Of a stretch of DNA of 49,119 nucleotides, positions 1 to 12,177 are shown in pieces. The notes under the pieces are model-generated. The model saw nothing but the letters and a program-made list of their open reading frames with translations, had not been told where the DNA came from and ran no database searches. Both the position numbers and the translations under genes were made by a program. The stretch is from Chromera velia (taxonomy: Eukaryota). Location of the stretch: assembly GCA_018398765.1 (NCBI GenBank), contig JAHBMJ010000371.1:1-49119 (forward strand), given 5' to 3'. Numbering within the stretch: position 1 is the stretch's first letter; every line of letters starts with the position of its first letter.

Positions 1-459
1 GAGGAACACATCGTAGCAGCATGTGGAGGCTCCGGTCCATCAACCTGCATTCATTCATCATCCATGTATTCATACATGAGGATACACGTACCTGAATTCA
101 AAGACAACGACGTAGCCCCCGGCGCCTGCCGCCTCTTCTGCTGTCTGGAGCTTCCTAAAGCCAGCTCTGAGATAGGCATCGACTGCCTCCTTTACTTTCG
201 CTTTCTCTTTTCCAGGGATAATGCCACACAATTGCGCAAACACCTTCCAAGGCATACCGGAGCGGTCATGCCTGTTCCTTGCATACGACTGGTGATCCTC
301 AAGAAAGTGTTCGAACTCTCGTGTCTGAGTGAACTCAATCAGATCATTCTGGCATACGGCATCAGACACACAGCCCTTCCACACCTCAGACACCTTGAAG
401 AACCATGTGGCTCTGGGTGAGTTCCTCAGTTGTGCTACAAGAGAGGGAGCTTCACTCAT
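1..459 (-). CDS. Hypothetical protein, 5' part (runs off the window start)
   Basis: ATG at 459 opens MSEAPSLVAQ...FEF. A GT-AG intron fits at 91..45 (AG|GTACGT ... TGCAG|G), and the frame stays open to position 1 (RLMDRSLHMLLRCVP). No domain recognised. Confidence 0.6.
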
Positions 460-1210
460 CTTCCTTTAACCAAACTCACAAGAGAGAGAACGTCTACAAG
501 CAATCGATCTATACGGAAGTTCACTGACGTGGCTTTCGTTCGACACTGGAGAGAAGTAGTGACAAGAGGGTCGCGAGTCAGAGTTCCAAGTTGTGGAAAT
601 ATTCAGTCAAGCTGCAAGAATGCATCGGAGGGAGGGGTTCATCGTCATCTCATGCATCAAGCCTCAGCGGGACTGACCTGGAAGAGTGGCGCACCACCCT
701 GTCTTCCGGGATTCTTTTCTGCTCTCAAAAAGCGTTCTTTCAAAGTGTGTCCGACTGGCAATCTTCCTGACTATTCCTTCAAGAAGAAAGGCATGCATGC
801 ACAGGTCAGTTATCTTTTCTGTGCCCCGCAATGTGAGCTGAGAGGCTCTTTCACAGTACACGTCACCTTTTTCAGCTGTTCGCACGGCGTCCGACGCACG
901 CTTCATGCAATCATTGCATGCTGCGCCCGTAAGCTGCATGGCGCATGGCGCCAAGGGAGCAGGCGCGCCTGGCTCTCTGACAGAATTTGAGTCAGAAACA
1001 CATCGATCACCTCAATCGGTAAGAGTCAAGTATTAATATCGCTTTCTGCACACTCAGTCACAATGTCTCCGTCTCTATTTCCTCCGCGAATCGCGCTGGT
1101 GAGGGAACTCCCGAAGTCTTGTGTCTTTTCCCGCTTGCTCAGTGTGTGAGTCTGCTGTGACGTCTGCGATCAGCTTCATGAACTTCTTTCCGCCAGTCCC
1201 TTGCTGAAGA

Positions 1211-2635
1211 ATGCCCAAAGACACGCAGACCCTCTCATGTGTCAGGCATGAGCTGGGGGCCCTCAAAGACACTCTCCTCAGGGCTGTTGGTATGATTGAG
1301 AACATGGAAAGGGTGTTAGGGAATTCCAATGGAGGAGACGGCGAGGCTTTCAGCGTCTCCGCTGCTGCGTCTTCTTCGCAAAGTGCTCGGCAGCCCCCAG
1401 AGGCTGCCGGCATCGTTCGGCTTCGGCAAAAGGCAGAAGGCGCTAACAAGACACTCCGGGTTGAACTGAACAAGGTCATGTCCCTCTTCTGCAGGATTGA
1501 TTTGTCGTACTTCTTCACCAACGTCCCAGAGATTGCCGTTCGTATTTCGGAGTTTCAATCCGTCGCTGCCCGCACCGTTCGCGATGCCGTGAATGCTTTC
1601 GTCTCCTCCGGTGACGAGGAGAAGAGGGAAGACCTCGCCCTCCTCCTCAGGCTGGGTGCCGACGTTGACGGGAAGGTTGACGTGGGGGGGGACAAGGGGC
1701 CAGAGACGGCGTTGGTGGGGGCTGTTAGGGCAGGCAGGATGGAAGTTGTCGAGATGCTGGTGGATGCGGGTGCAGGGCTCGAGATCCCCCATGAGTACAG
1801 AGCAACAGCACTCATGATTGCCTGTGATCCTGAACCGCAGTCCCACCCAGAGATCGCGAGATTTTTAGTTTCGAAGGGCGCGGTAGTGAATGTGGAGGAC
1901 CAGGCGAGAATGAGGCCTCTTCACTATGCTGCGTGTGACGGGGGGGAGGGGGGGGCAGAGCTAGTTGATTTTCTCTTTTCCCGCGGTGCCAGTGTGCATG
2001 CAAGGGATATGGATGGTGACACGGCTCTGCACGCTGCAATCAAGGAGGGAAACAGAAGGAATGCCGAGATCCTTCTTGACAGGGGTGCGAATGTGAATGA
2101 TCGAAATCACCAACTGCGCACCCCTCTTTTTTGCACTGTTCTCCCCTATGGTACGGCTGTGTGTGACCATAAAGACATTGCAGAGCTGCTCATTTCCCGA
2201 GGTGCTGATGTGAATGCGAGACAGTGGGTCGCCAACCGTCCTGTTTTGCATGATGCAGCTCTGTCAGGATCTGCGGATGTGATTGAACTGTTGTTAGACA
2301 ATGGTGCCGATGTGCACGCGACCATTGAGACCGGCCGCACGGCTTTGCACTTTGCCGCCCAGTGGTCGTTGCAGGTCGGGGAGAGCATCGATCCCCAGAA
2401 AAAGCTCCGAACTGCACAGCTGCTAGTGTCTCGGGGCATAGACCCGAATGCAGTGGACCAGCAAGGTCTGACCGCACTGCAGTTGGCCTCTATTTTGTTC
2501 TCTGATGTGGCTGGACTGGCGCCTCTGCGGGAGTATTTGGCTGGCCTGCCGGGGGCTCGGGGAGGGGTGGAAGTTCAAGGAACGGGAGGGAGGGGAGGAA
2601 GAGGCAGAAGGGGGGGGAGGGGGGGCGCCTGGTGA
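1211..2635 (+). CDS. Ankyrin-repeat protein (about 8 ANK repeats, Gly/Arg-rich C-terminus), single exon
   Basis: 474 aa ORF with repeated TALH.AA..G...V.LLL..GADVN motifs (e.g. GDTALHAAIKEGNRRNAEILLDRGANVN, GRTALHFAAQ). The tail is GGRGGRGRRGGRGG. Confidence 0.93.
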   Translation: MPKDTQTLSCVRHELGALKDTLLRAVGMIENMERVLGNSNGGDGEAFSVSAAASSSQSARQPPEAAGIVRLRQKAEGANKTLRVELNKVMSLFCRIDLSYFFTNVPEIAVRISEFQSVAARTVRDAVNAFVSSGDEEKREDLALLLRLGADVDGKVDVGGDKGPETALVGAVRAGRMEVVEMLVDAGAGLEIPHEYRATALMIACDPEPQSHPEIARFLVSKGAVVNVEDQARMRPLHYAACDGGEGGAELVDFLFSRGASVHARDMDGDTALHAAIKEGNRRNAEILLDRGANVNDRNHQLRTPLFCTVLPYGTAVCDHKDIAELLISRGADVNARQWVANRPVLHDAALSGSADVIELLLDNGADVHATIETGRTALHFAAQWSLQVGESIDPQKKLRTAQLLVSRGIDPNAVDQQGLTALQLASILFSDVAGLAPLREYLAGLPGARGGVEVQGTGGRGGRGRRGGRGGAW

Positions 2636-3164
2636 GGTGAGGTCAGAGGGGGGAGTAAAAGCGGGGAGGGGAACTGAAGGTGATGAGAGGCTCCAGAAAA
2701 GCCCTGAAAATGAAGACAGAGAGTTGGCACTGTGTGTGTATGTGTGTGTAATCATCTCTTTGTCTGATGTATATAGAATTAAAGGTTCCCATGACAGTCG
2801 CATGACATCTGGAAAACAAGATAAAAAAAAATGTTGGTGAGATCACATTGAGCACGAATACGTTATTCGATCTTGCAAACTTTCTCAAACTATTAAATGC
2901 ATGCGACTTTTGATTGTACGTAAAAAATTTTGACCTGAAATCATGGACGAGGATAAATGCTTTGTGAGTTGAATTATGATGAACTGAAGATATTTAGAAA
3001 GATATTCACGTTATATTGTTTAGCGCTACATGCGTATCGAACTCTAGATCGAACTAGTCAAACGCTAGACGCTCATCTGGATGCTCATTAGAGGTCGGAT
3101 AGTGATGGTAACTGAAATTAAAATGTAAATGAATGATCATGATCGATGATATCTAGGATGTCAG

Positions 3165-4362
3165 CTAGGTAGGGATGGTTATCGTATCGATATCGATCGA
3201 TATCGATAAATATAATATCATATCGATATCGTTTGACCTCTAAAAAAGCCTATATGGTCGATATCTTCGATGTTGACATACAATTTTAAGCGTACGAGCC
3301 TAAAACCTAGTGTAAATGGTATTATTTGACATTCCCTGATCCTAGAAATTTTAGGAAATTTTTTTGAAACGTAAAATTCATTGAGGAACTAGCAAAAAAA
3401 TGTGTAGGGCTTCAAACTATAAGGGGGGCGAAGAAATAAATATTTTGACAACATACTGCCAGTGGAACACATATGTATAAAGTACATTTTAGATCGAAAC
3501 ACCACAAAGCAATAACAATTGAGAAGCTTTCATGATGTTCTATCCCTCTGAGACCTCTCAATCCATCGCGCAATCACTGCATGCCAAGTGCACTCAACCC
3601 ATGATAAACGCGAACATATGTCCATGCACTCCTTGTATCTCTTTTTCGGAGCTGCCAAAGCAGCATCTGATACAACACTCTGCTTTTTTGAATTTATATC
3701 AATGCCGTACGGCTTTAGTGAGGACTTCATAGGGATGAAGATTGGTCATTCTGTTTTTATCGACTTGACCTAAACGTTGGCTGAAGAAAGAAAAAAAAAG
3801 ATCCCCCCAAACCCTTTACTTTTTTTTTTCTTTTTAAAGACTTTTTCAGTCAAACAACTGTTGTTGAAGTGTTGCACAGGTATTGTTCATATGTTGCACA
3901 ACTGTTGTTAGGTGTTGTTGAGGCTTTAAAAGTAAAAAAGAAAGAAAAAAAAAATCTCCTCTGATCGCTTATTTTTTTTCTTTTTTTTTTCCTTTAGCCG
4001 ACGCCTAGGACTTGACCTTACTCGTGGAACCTGTCATAGGTCAGCTATACACCCCTTCTTGCATGTATGGGCATGCAGGCGGTCGGTTTTGACTTTTTTC
4101 CTTGTGGTATGTATATGGCTGCGGAGCCGGTTGGGGACATGTATAAGGATCCTGCGCAGCGCTCATGCAACGTGCAGGCCTGTACATATATGTCCCGCGA
4201 CGCGCGAGGACCTAGGTATCCCTAAAACATAGGAGACCCTAAGACGGACATCAATATCGAATTGATATTTCTTAAAAAACAAACTGTCCGATATCCGATA
4301 TCGATATTCGATATCGATACGATATTTTTCGATATCGATACGATAGCCATCCGTACCCCTAG
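3165..4362. mobile_element. Non-autonomous TIR DNA transposon (Ac/hAT-like TAGGGATGG inverted repeats, ATCGAT-rich subterminal repeats)
   Basis: 3170 TAGGGATGGTTATCGTATCGATATCGA matches the reverse complement of 4329-4355 (TACGGATGGCTATCGTATCGATATCGA) with 2 mismatches. The direct repeat TAGGATGTCAG flanks it at 3154-3164 and 4363-4373. Exact ends and TSD length (8 vs 11) are ambiguous. No transposase ORF. Confidence 0.7.
3770..4008. mobile_element. MITE of the CTAGGCGT-terminal family, nested in the 3165-4362 element
   Basis: Left end CTAAACGTTGGCTGAAG-A(n); right end reverse complement CTAGGCGTCGGCTAAAG-A(n). 8-bp TSD GACTTGAC at 3762-3769 and 4009-4016. The internal CAAACAACTGTTGTT..AAGTGTTG core is shared with 45799-46028. 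Confidence 0.8.
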
Positions 4363-4487
4363 TAGGATGTCAGTGATATACCCTAGGATATACCTAGTGA
4401 TATATTCAACACTATTCACTGGCAGACAATTTCAAAGTTCAAACGAATTTAAAGTATGTGTAAACAATTATTTACACAATAATATTA

Positions 4488-4777
4488 ACCCTATCGCATT
4501 TGGGAGTAATTGGGACAATTGGAATGCCCACTTGGGAATTTGAAATCCCAAATTCCCAATTTGGAGCAATTTGGAAACATTTTTTTCTATGTGAAAAACT
4601 TAGTGTATGAAGCTGTATTTTTGTGCATAAACATTTTAAGACTCAAAAATTTTAAGTCTGAATAAGTCTGAATATCAATTAGCTTTACATAAAGATTAAA
4701 CCTTAAAAAAATATAATTAGAAATTTAGATTTCCAATTGGAAATCCAATTTTCCGAATTGGAAAATGAATGGCGATA
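4488..4777. repeat. Possible decayed MITE with clustered CCAATTGG/AATTGGGA-type repeats at both ends
   Basis: The motif clusters at about 4500-4575 and 4730-4765. Weak terminal inversion TATCGCATT / AATGGCGATA, with AATATTA on both flanks. Boundaries are uncertain. Confidence 0.3.
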
Positions 4778-5071
4778 AATATTATATCGTCACGTACAGA
4801 AAAGTTGTGACCTTTTGTTGCCGCTATATCATTGCCAAAACCATTTCTACCTTACTGGATTTGTGTAAGTCTCCATACTTGATTCAATTTTTTTGTAATC
4901 CTTGCTTAATCTAGACCCCGACAATCCTTCCAAAAAGTCTGATTCATCGTGGTTTCATTCCAGTCAGCTTTGAAGGCCAAGTTCTTCAAGTTAACGAATT
5001 TGAAATGAACAACAAAGAGCAGGTCAGCTTCTTAAACCCGATTCTCTCCAATCCCTCATGAGGCGACTCCG

Positions 5072-6028
5072 TCATACCAATGCCTGGTTGGCCCTCTGGG
5101 CCGCTCTTGGAGCTCTATATCCCCGCCCCGCCCTCAGATTGACTGCAGGGACTCTCCAAGAATCCAGAAGGGCTACAAAGTTCTTCGCGTTTCTGTCTGT
5201 GTAGGCAGGCCGCACAATGAAATGAACACTGTGGAGCTCCTTGAAGAGAGCGAAAATGGCCGGAATGTCCTGTACAGTCACCAGGCGCTCCTCCCAAATC
5301 TCTCTGTCCCTCTGACTGCCGCAATTGCAGCCAATCACCGGGCACTCCGCAATCTCCACGCGCTGGTTGTTCTCGCAGTAGTCTTTGAAGTGCTCCATTA
5401 GCCTTGCCGCCTCTGACCACGGCATCTCACTGAAAAGCCAACTATTGCTCTTCAGGGTCACCCCAATGAAGTCGGGATGGAAGCAGAGTGGAAGGAATTG
5501 GCCTGGACAGAAGTCTTGCGGACAAGGGAGGACCTGAATCTCCTCGATTTCTTCACAGGGAATCGCCACCCGCCCGTTGGCCGAAGGAGAGACTCTGTGA
5601 GTGAATGTGATGTTCGGAATTTCGAGGCAGTCGGGTGAGAGTGCAACTGCCTTCTGCTCGTTACATTTGCAACACCCTGACGCCCACCGTATCGCTATGT
5701 AAATGGGCCAACATACCAAAAAGACCAGACAACTGACAAACAGCCAAATCACGGGTTCTCCTCCTTTCCAGAGTTCGGGAAGAATGACATCCGGCATGTG
5801 TTTTGGGTTGCCCGTCACAAACCAGGCGTCAATCGTGAAGCCAACGAACAGGAGAACAAACCAGAGGATGTACACGGAAATCAAGATGATAAATACTTCC
5901 AGAACAAGAGGCGACTTCGAAAACCAGACCTGGCTGAAGGCGGGAATGATCACTTTCCGTACCGGGACTGGAACCGGTACCAGCTCCACTTCTTGAGCTC
6001 CTCTCTCTTCTCTTCTCTCCATCCTCAA
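5072..6028 (-). CDS. Hypothetical membrane protein (two predicted TM helices, then a Cys-containing soluble domain), single exon
   Basis: 318 aa uninterrupted ORF with hydrophobic segments LVLEVFIILISVYILWFVLLFVGFTI and IWLFVSCLVFLVCWPIYIAI. No family recognised. Confidence 0.7.
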   Translation of the reverse strand: MRMERREERGAQEVELVPVPVPVRKVIIPAFSQVWFSKSPLVLEVFIILISVYILWFVLLFVGFTIDAWFVTGNPKHMPDVILPELWKGGEPVIWLFVSCLVFLVCWPIYIAIRWASGCCKCNEQKAVALSPDCLEIPNITFTHRVSPSANGRVAIPCEEIEEIQVLPCPQDFCPGQFLPLCFHPDFIGVTLKSNSWLFSEMPWSEAARLMEHFKDYCENNQRVEIAECPVIGCNCGSQRDREIWEERLVTVQDIPAIFALFKELHSVHFIVRPAYTDRNAKNFVALLDSWRVPAVNLRAGRGYRAPRAAQRANQALV

Positions 6029-7129
6029 CTGGAACCTTCTCTTCTATACGTGCACCTCTCGCCTCTCCTAGCTTGCTCAAATTCTTTTGCTCTCGGTTGA
6101 ATGAACGAAAAACTGCCTTAGAGTACAGGCGTGTCCAGCGAGTGACAAAAGCGGTCACTGTGTCGAGAAAGAACTAATCCCCTTCAGAGGTCACTGACGG
6201 CCTCTGAATGGCTGTAGGAAGAGGACTGAGGAGAAACACGTAAGAGATCAACGCGGTTGATGGGAACTGTTCAGTCTGGACTCTTTTTCAGCGCGGCTTC
6301 CACTGCCTCTGCCAAATGAGGCATTTACGCTGTCGCACCAACGACTTGAGCTGGGAAGAGGGCTGTATATATATCTTTATGCAGAAAAGTAGACTGTTCA
6401 CGTACGACAAGCGAGAGCAGTTCTCCTTTCAATGAGTCCTTTGCAGCGCTGGGGAATATGCGTGCATGCAGATGTGCAGGTCAGTCACTTCTTCACGCAT
6501 GCAGAAACTCCGCGCGCCTCTTTGTCAGCCAAAAATGCGTGCGTAATGCGTGCGTCAATCGACGGAGTGACTGACCTTTGTGTCGAGGCAACTATATAGA
6601 TATATATCAACAGCATTCTCTCAACTTCTTCCACACGTGCACACACCCGAAGCCAGTGCATTTTGGAGCCTTCCTCATGTATACACACCCTTTTTTCTGT
6701 CGTCCGGTGAGGTGAGAATTCATTGGCACAAGGATCTGTGCAGTGCATGTGACGTGGCCCACATGTGTCGACTGCATGCATGGGTGGTTGTCTCGTCGTC
6801 TGGGCGCACCACTGAATGTCCACGGGATTGCTGAACAGTGATCGTGTTTCCTGAATAGAAAATTTTGAGATATTTTGAGCAGGAACTATCTTGCTGGTTG
6901 AAAACGACGAACTGGAGACGGAGTCTCCATGCAATCTGAGGCTGGGGAGGAAAGCGGCGGGCCCGTCGAGGAGCTCCGTCGGGGGTCTCTTGACTTCAGC
7001 CGGGGCCTCGCAGAGCAGTTTCCCTTTTTGAGAGAGCTCATGGAGAACCCACAGAGGGAGCTGCAGGCCGCAGAGAGCGTAGAGGTGCTCTCCAAGTGCA
7101 TTTAATTTGGATTGCAGAAAGCAAAAGAG

Positions 7130-7877
7130 GCAGAAGGCGTGGACTTGGTGGTCCTTCTAGGATGCTCAGGAGCCGGCAAGAGCTCAGCAGTCAACTCCCT
7201 GGCAGGCTGCAAGATGCAGTTGGAGGCAAAGGGAGAAGACGAAGACGAGGTGGTGGTGGTAGCAGAGGACAGCATGCGTGTTGAGGTTGCGCCGATAGGA
7301 CACTCGGGAAAGAGCGAAACTTTCTTTCCGGAGATCAGCAGGTGAGCATCTCCTCAACCCGCCTTTTTTTTCTCGCTCTGCCTTTTCTCTCGTTTTCCAT
7401 TCTCTCCGCGGGGACATTCACTCCACAGCCTTTCGGGTGAGCAGCCTAGGTAAACAGCTTGAACTGTCCCATTCCTCGAAAGAAACGAGATCAAGCATGA
7501 TTACACTGCAATTCCTGAGAGTCTCCCGTGCGTCCAAATTTTCTGCATTGTCTCATCGCTGACATGCATTCCAGCTCTAAGTGCGCCCTTGGAGTCTCTG
7601 CAGGTGGGAGGAAGCTGGCGACTCTTTTTTCTTCTGCGACTGCCCCGGATTCGGTGACAACAGGGGAGCAGAAGTGAACACCGCGAATGCAGTCAACGTG
7701 TGTCAGACCCTCAGGAGGTCCAGCTCCGTGCGTTTGTTGGTGCTGTTGGAGTCCTCAGCTGTGGGCACGGCAAAGGGAGCCGCTGCACGCCCTTCCGCGT
7801 CGACCATGGAGCAGTTCTTTGGAGGACCGGAGAACGTGGAGAAGCACAAAGAGAGCATCGCTTTTGCCATCACCAAG
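7130..7877 (+). CDS. P-loop GTPase domain (TRAFAC class, AIG1/Toc34/septin-like) of the 6929-15511 locus
   Basis: G1 VVLLGCSGAGKSS; G2 region IGHSGKSET; G3 FFFCDCPGFGD; G4 FAITK. Split by intron 7342-7603 (AG|GTGAGC...CTGCAG|G). Confidence 0.85.
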
Positions 7878-10429
7878 GTCAGCGGGTCAGTTGCCGAGAG
7901 AGGGCCCGGCAGTACAAATTGATTCGGATGGCCGTCAGTCTGCCAGATTACGCATCTGACAGCTTTGTATCAGCTCCTCTTGCGTCTTCCCGTCCTGTCA
8001 CCAAGCCCACTCGGATCTCTACCGTAGATAATCTTGATATTTGAAACCATTCCTCCAAAAATGTGCGTGCAGCTCGGTCCTAAACAAACGAAGGAGAGAG
8101 TGAGGAATGCACTCATCAACCGCCTCAGAGAGGCTCAAGGGAAACAACCAGGGGAGGCTCTCAGCAGTCTTGGCAGCGTTGTCAACCGGGACGAGAACTT
8201 CTGCGTCCTCGATCCTCTGGAGACAGTCGAGGGGCATCTACCGAGAGACAGATGTCAACTTCTCCTCTGCAGTCTCACACCGATGTCAAAGCAGGAGGTG
8301 GGTCTTTCTCTATGTGTTGACTTGCATTCAAATGCAGAATATGCAGAAAACCAGAAGAGATTCGAAGAAGCTATTGACTGCCTCAAGCAAAAAAATGCCG
8401 ACAGAAAAGAGAAGGCCTTCTGTGTAGAGAATGAGCTTTTCCCCGGGTGTCCGTGCAGGTCCAATCTGTTTTCCAAGTCTATCTCTCTGGTGATGACTGC
8501 CAGAAGCTGACAGACATAGCGCAAGCGCTCCAAGACGGGAGGGAATCCATCCCCCTAGCTTTTCGCTTGCTGGCTTCTCCGTGCAGATCCAATTAGTCTT
8601 TCGAGTGTACCTTTCTGATTCCGACAAAGTGAAGCTGACCGCAATTGCAGAAGGACTCGGAGAAGGGATGCAAGCAGCGTTTGACAAGCAGCAGTGGACA
8701 GACAGTGCGAAAGCACTCAATCCAGCGTCTCATGCGCCTCGAGTGCGTGGAGCACCCGGTCATCCTGAAATTGATCGACGAGGCAATCGGGTGGGTCAGC
8801 CAGCAAGTGGTTCTGGACATAGTGGCATCCTGCCTCTTGAGAGTTGTGTATGTTGTTCTTGGGGGCAGATATGAACAGAGAGAACTGTTTTCGTTTGGAG
8901 TCAATCAGACCTCGATCTGTTTCTGGACCTCCCTGCATGTCTGCAGAGTGGCAGAGCACTGGGCCCAGACGCGAGTCACCCTCGCTCTTCAACTTTCCAC
9001 AGCGGACCCTGCAGAGGGCAGAAAGGTCTTCGAAGAGCTTCGGGATGCCCTGAAAACTTTCCGGGAGGTGCAGTCGGATCGGCAGGAGGTGCACGAGAGG
9101 CTCAGCTTCACGTGGGTGGATGAGATGGAGGGGCACGTGGAGACGGCCAGAGAGAAAGAAGCGGAGGTGAAGCGACTGCAAGAAGAGTTAGCAAGCACGC
9201 GAGAGGAATTGCAGCAGCTTGAGGAACTGCGGGCCGATCTCAAAACGCAGGTACGCCGGTTGTTTGTCTCTCAGAGGGGGAAATTCATGAGGAATGGAGA
9301 AGACTGCGCAGATGTTTTTGACGAAAACAGGTAGCTGCTTTCGGATCATGCGTTTGTTTTTACAACATTGTAGTTTTGTACACCATTCTTTATCGTTGAA
9401 AGCGAGACGCCTGGCTCTCCCGCTTGCCGTCCTCTTTAGCAAATAAACGTCACCCATTAATTTTCTTCCATTTCCTCCCTCCCTGCAGGCAGAGAAAATC
9501 AAGAAGGAGAGAGAGGAATTTGAGAAGGATCGGCAGAAGAAGGCCGCGTTAGAGGAGAAGCTAGGGTCTCTCGTCATCCAGCTGAAGGAGGCAAGCGGAG
9601 GGAAGAGAGACTTTCTCGAGATGTTCAAGGAATGGATGCGGCCAAACGACTTCGACGTAGATGTAGACGCGCACTCGCCTCGTGGGAAGTCTGAGCCAGG
9701 CAGAGAGGTAATTAGATCAATTGTGATAGGAAAGGGTAGGGATGAGAAAAAAAGTGTCTCGCGGATGAAGAACAGAAGAGAAAAGGGGGGACAGACAGAT
9801 TAACAGGTTGCATCAAATTTGCATGCCTGGAAGGAATCCAATGATCGATCCGGAGAAAAGTGGCAGATCAGCAGGGCACTGCTGCAACGCACTTGCATGA
9901 GGGGTGACTTTCTCTGTGTTGGAAAGGGGAGGCAAAAAGTCGCAACGATTGAATCCTCGATTCGCATTTGTTTTTTCATCTTTTGTGCGTACAAGTCCTC
10001 TTCCCTCCCATGCAGGAACAAGTGTCTACTGAGTCTTCTCTGCCCGCTGCTGTGAGTGGAGGCGGAGAAGGGGGTTCTTCTTCTTCTTCCTCCCCCTCTC
10101 AAACTTTGGTCAGCCCGCATTCATGCATATCCTGTCTTAAACTTCGCGGACTCTGCGCAGAGGTCTTCCTTTGCCTTTCCTGACCTTCAGGCTGTACAGT
10201 CAGTGGCTGAGAAGACAGCTGCGGCTCAGTTACCCGAGTTCTAGGGGACGGGTTAGACGAGGGAGAGGGCGCCTCCTCCAAATGCATTTCAACCCTCTGC
10301 TGCGCTCTCTCACCCCCTGCAGACAAATTCCCCCTTCCGCAGTAACGAGGCCCCAGTCCCAGAAGGCAACAGTACTCGCCGCGGCAGTCTTCGAAGACAA
10401 AAATTCCGGAAGAGTCCGTCTTCAAGTTG

Positions 10430-10937
10430 CGGCCCTTCACGGAGCAGATTGAGAAGAGAGGGTGGCTGGACGCCTACCACACAGTTCTGGATGTGTGCGA
10501 GGAGTACCGCCTGGCCGGTGTTGAGGGGTCTCGTCACGGAACCATCGTTGTGCTTTGTGACCCGAAAGTCTTTCTTGAACCAACAGAGAAGACAGCGGAT
10601 GGAGAACTAGTCTGTCGTTGGGGGACAGGACACGTGAATTGTTTGTTTGCGCAACCATACGACTTGAAGACACACAAAGGCAGGAGTGCTTTCATTCGAG
10701 CGATGATTAACGACAAAGCATTGGTTGTAGACGGGAAAGAGACAGCCTACAAAGTCTGCGGTTTCTATTTGACATCTTCCGGGAGAAGCTCAAAGTTGGG
10801 TGGGGGGACGGGACTGCAGGGGTGCTGCGGAGGAGGAAGCGGGAAACGCTATGACCGTGAAGGTCTCACAGGATGGCGCGATTTACGTCTTCTTCTCACA
10901 AAGCGGGGCCCGGTACATGCCCAACTGTGCTGTCAAG
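10430..10937 (+). CDS. Diadenylate-cyclase (DisA_N/DacZ)-like domain 1, frameshifted near 10800-10825
   Basis: VLDVCEEYRLAGVEGSRHGTIVVLCD resembles the DacZ-type VL.LA.E..REGREG..VG..FVVGD; INDKALVVDG resembles DGA.VI...G; after the +1 shift, GAAEEEAGNAMTVKVSQDGAIYVF resembles AA...T.A..IVVSE.DG.V..F. Donor AAG|GTAAGT at 10938. Confidence 0.7.
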
Positions 10938-12136
10938 GTAAGTGCAGTTAGTTCCTGTCTAAGGGATGGTCTGTCGGGATGTGCTCATGCGTGTCTTGTG
11001 TTGTTGTGTCGCGTGGTGGAATCATGCGAACATGTGACCAGGCACTCTTTCATATACGTTTGTTTTTCTCGCCAACACCGAAATCGCGAAAAGATAATTC
11101 GACCACTAAAGAACCAATCGGCAGTCGCAATGACAGTCCTCAAAGCTGGAAGACAGCGGGTGATTTTCATCAGCAGAGGGTGGAGGTCACGTTTTCAATC
11201 CTCCTTGCAACCGAAAGCAGTGCTCCGGTACGCCGTCTCTGAAAACAATTTTGAGAAGCTTTTGTCGTTCGATCTATTTAGTAGATTTGCTTTTTTGATC
11301 TGTCTTGTGTACATTGACGTGACCACACGACGATGCTCGTAGGAAGAGGAGCCTGCCGTTCGGAGAAGTCGTTCAATCGAAGGTCGCCCGTTTGGTCCTC
11401 CACAACTGAATTCGGTCAGTCAGCATTGGTTCGCACAGATTGGCAGTTTTCATTTTTGGTGTGACGTTTCTTTCGTTAGGCTGCACACTGGGTGATTGTG
11501 CTCAAGCAGAATCAGTCACCTTGCTGAACAGATTGGGTTACAGGAAGGTGGGGTACACACCATGAAGGTCGGTGGGAGCTGAGTAGAACAGTGGGTCACT
11601 TGCATTTCAGTCGGGTCTCGATGAAGCGATTGCAACAGCTGGCGTTTTCCTCGCTGGTTTTTGTCGTTGACTCTTGCTATCTCACTCACGCTCACGCTGG
11701 CCAACGTAACCCGGCACTCTTCCATCGTTGTCACAGAGCCATTCCCTCACACACCCAGCGTTTCTCTCTTACGCAGCCGCTCATTTATTTCTTGACTTAC
11801 ATGCACACGACGATCCCTGTCCACTCATTTTTTTGTCTTTGTGTGTTGAGTCTCGACCAGGCACATGCGGACTGGCAGAGTGAGTCACACATTCTCAAAC
11901 TCGACAGACGGCGGCGGAATTCTGAGACGGACCGAAGCCGTCCTGCCAGCCCGGTCCCTGGGTGGGCAATGCCGTATGCCTCCAGTCACCTCACGGACCC
12001 GCCAGGGACAGTCGGGGCACAAATCGCTGGGACGGTCGGTTGTTCCTCGGCGGTTCGGCTGTGGAAAACGCGTCTCTTTTTTCTGCAAGTCGTTCTGTGT
12101 CTCTCTTACGCTCTCTCCTTCTCTCCCTTTGTGTGT

Positions 12137-12177
<41 letters not shown>

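Noticed and set aside
3530..4543. Small ORFs in the AT-rich island as transposase remnants
   Set aside because: No DDE, BED-finger or hAT dimerisation motifs are visible.
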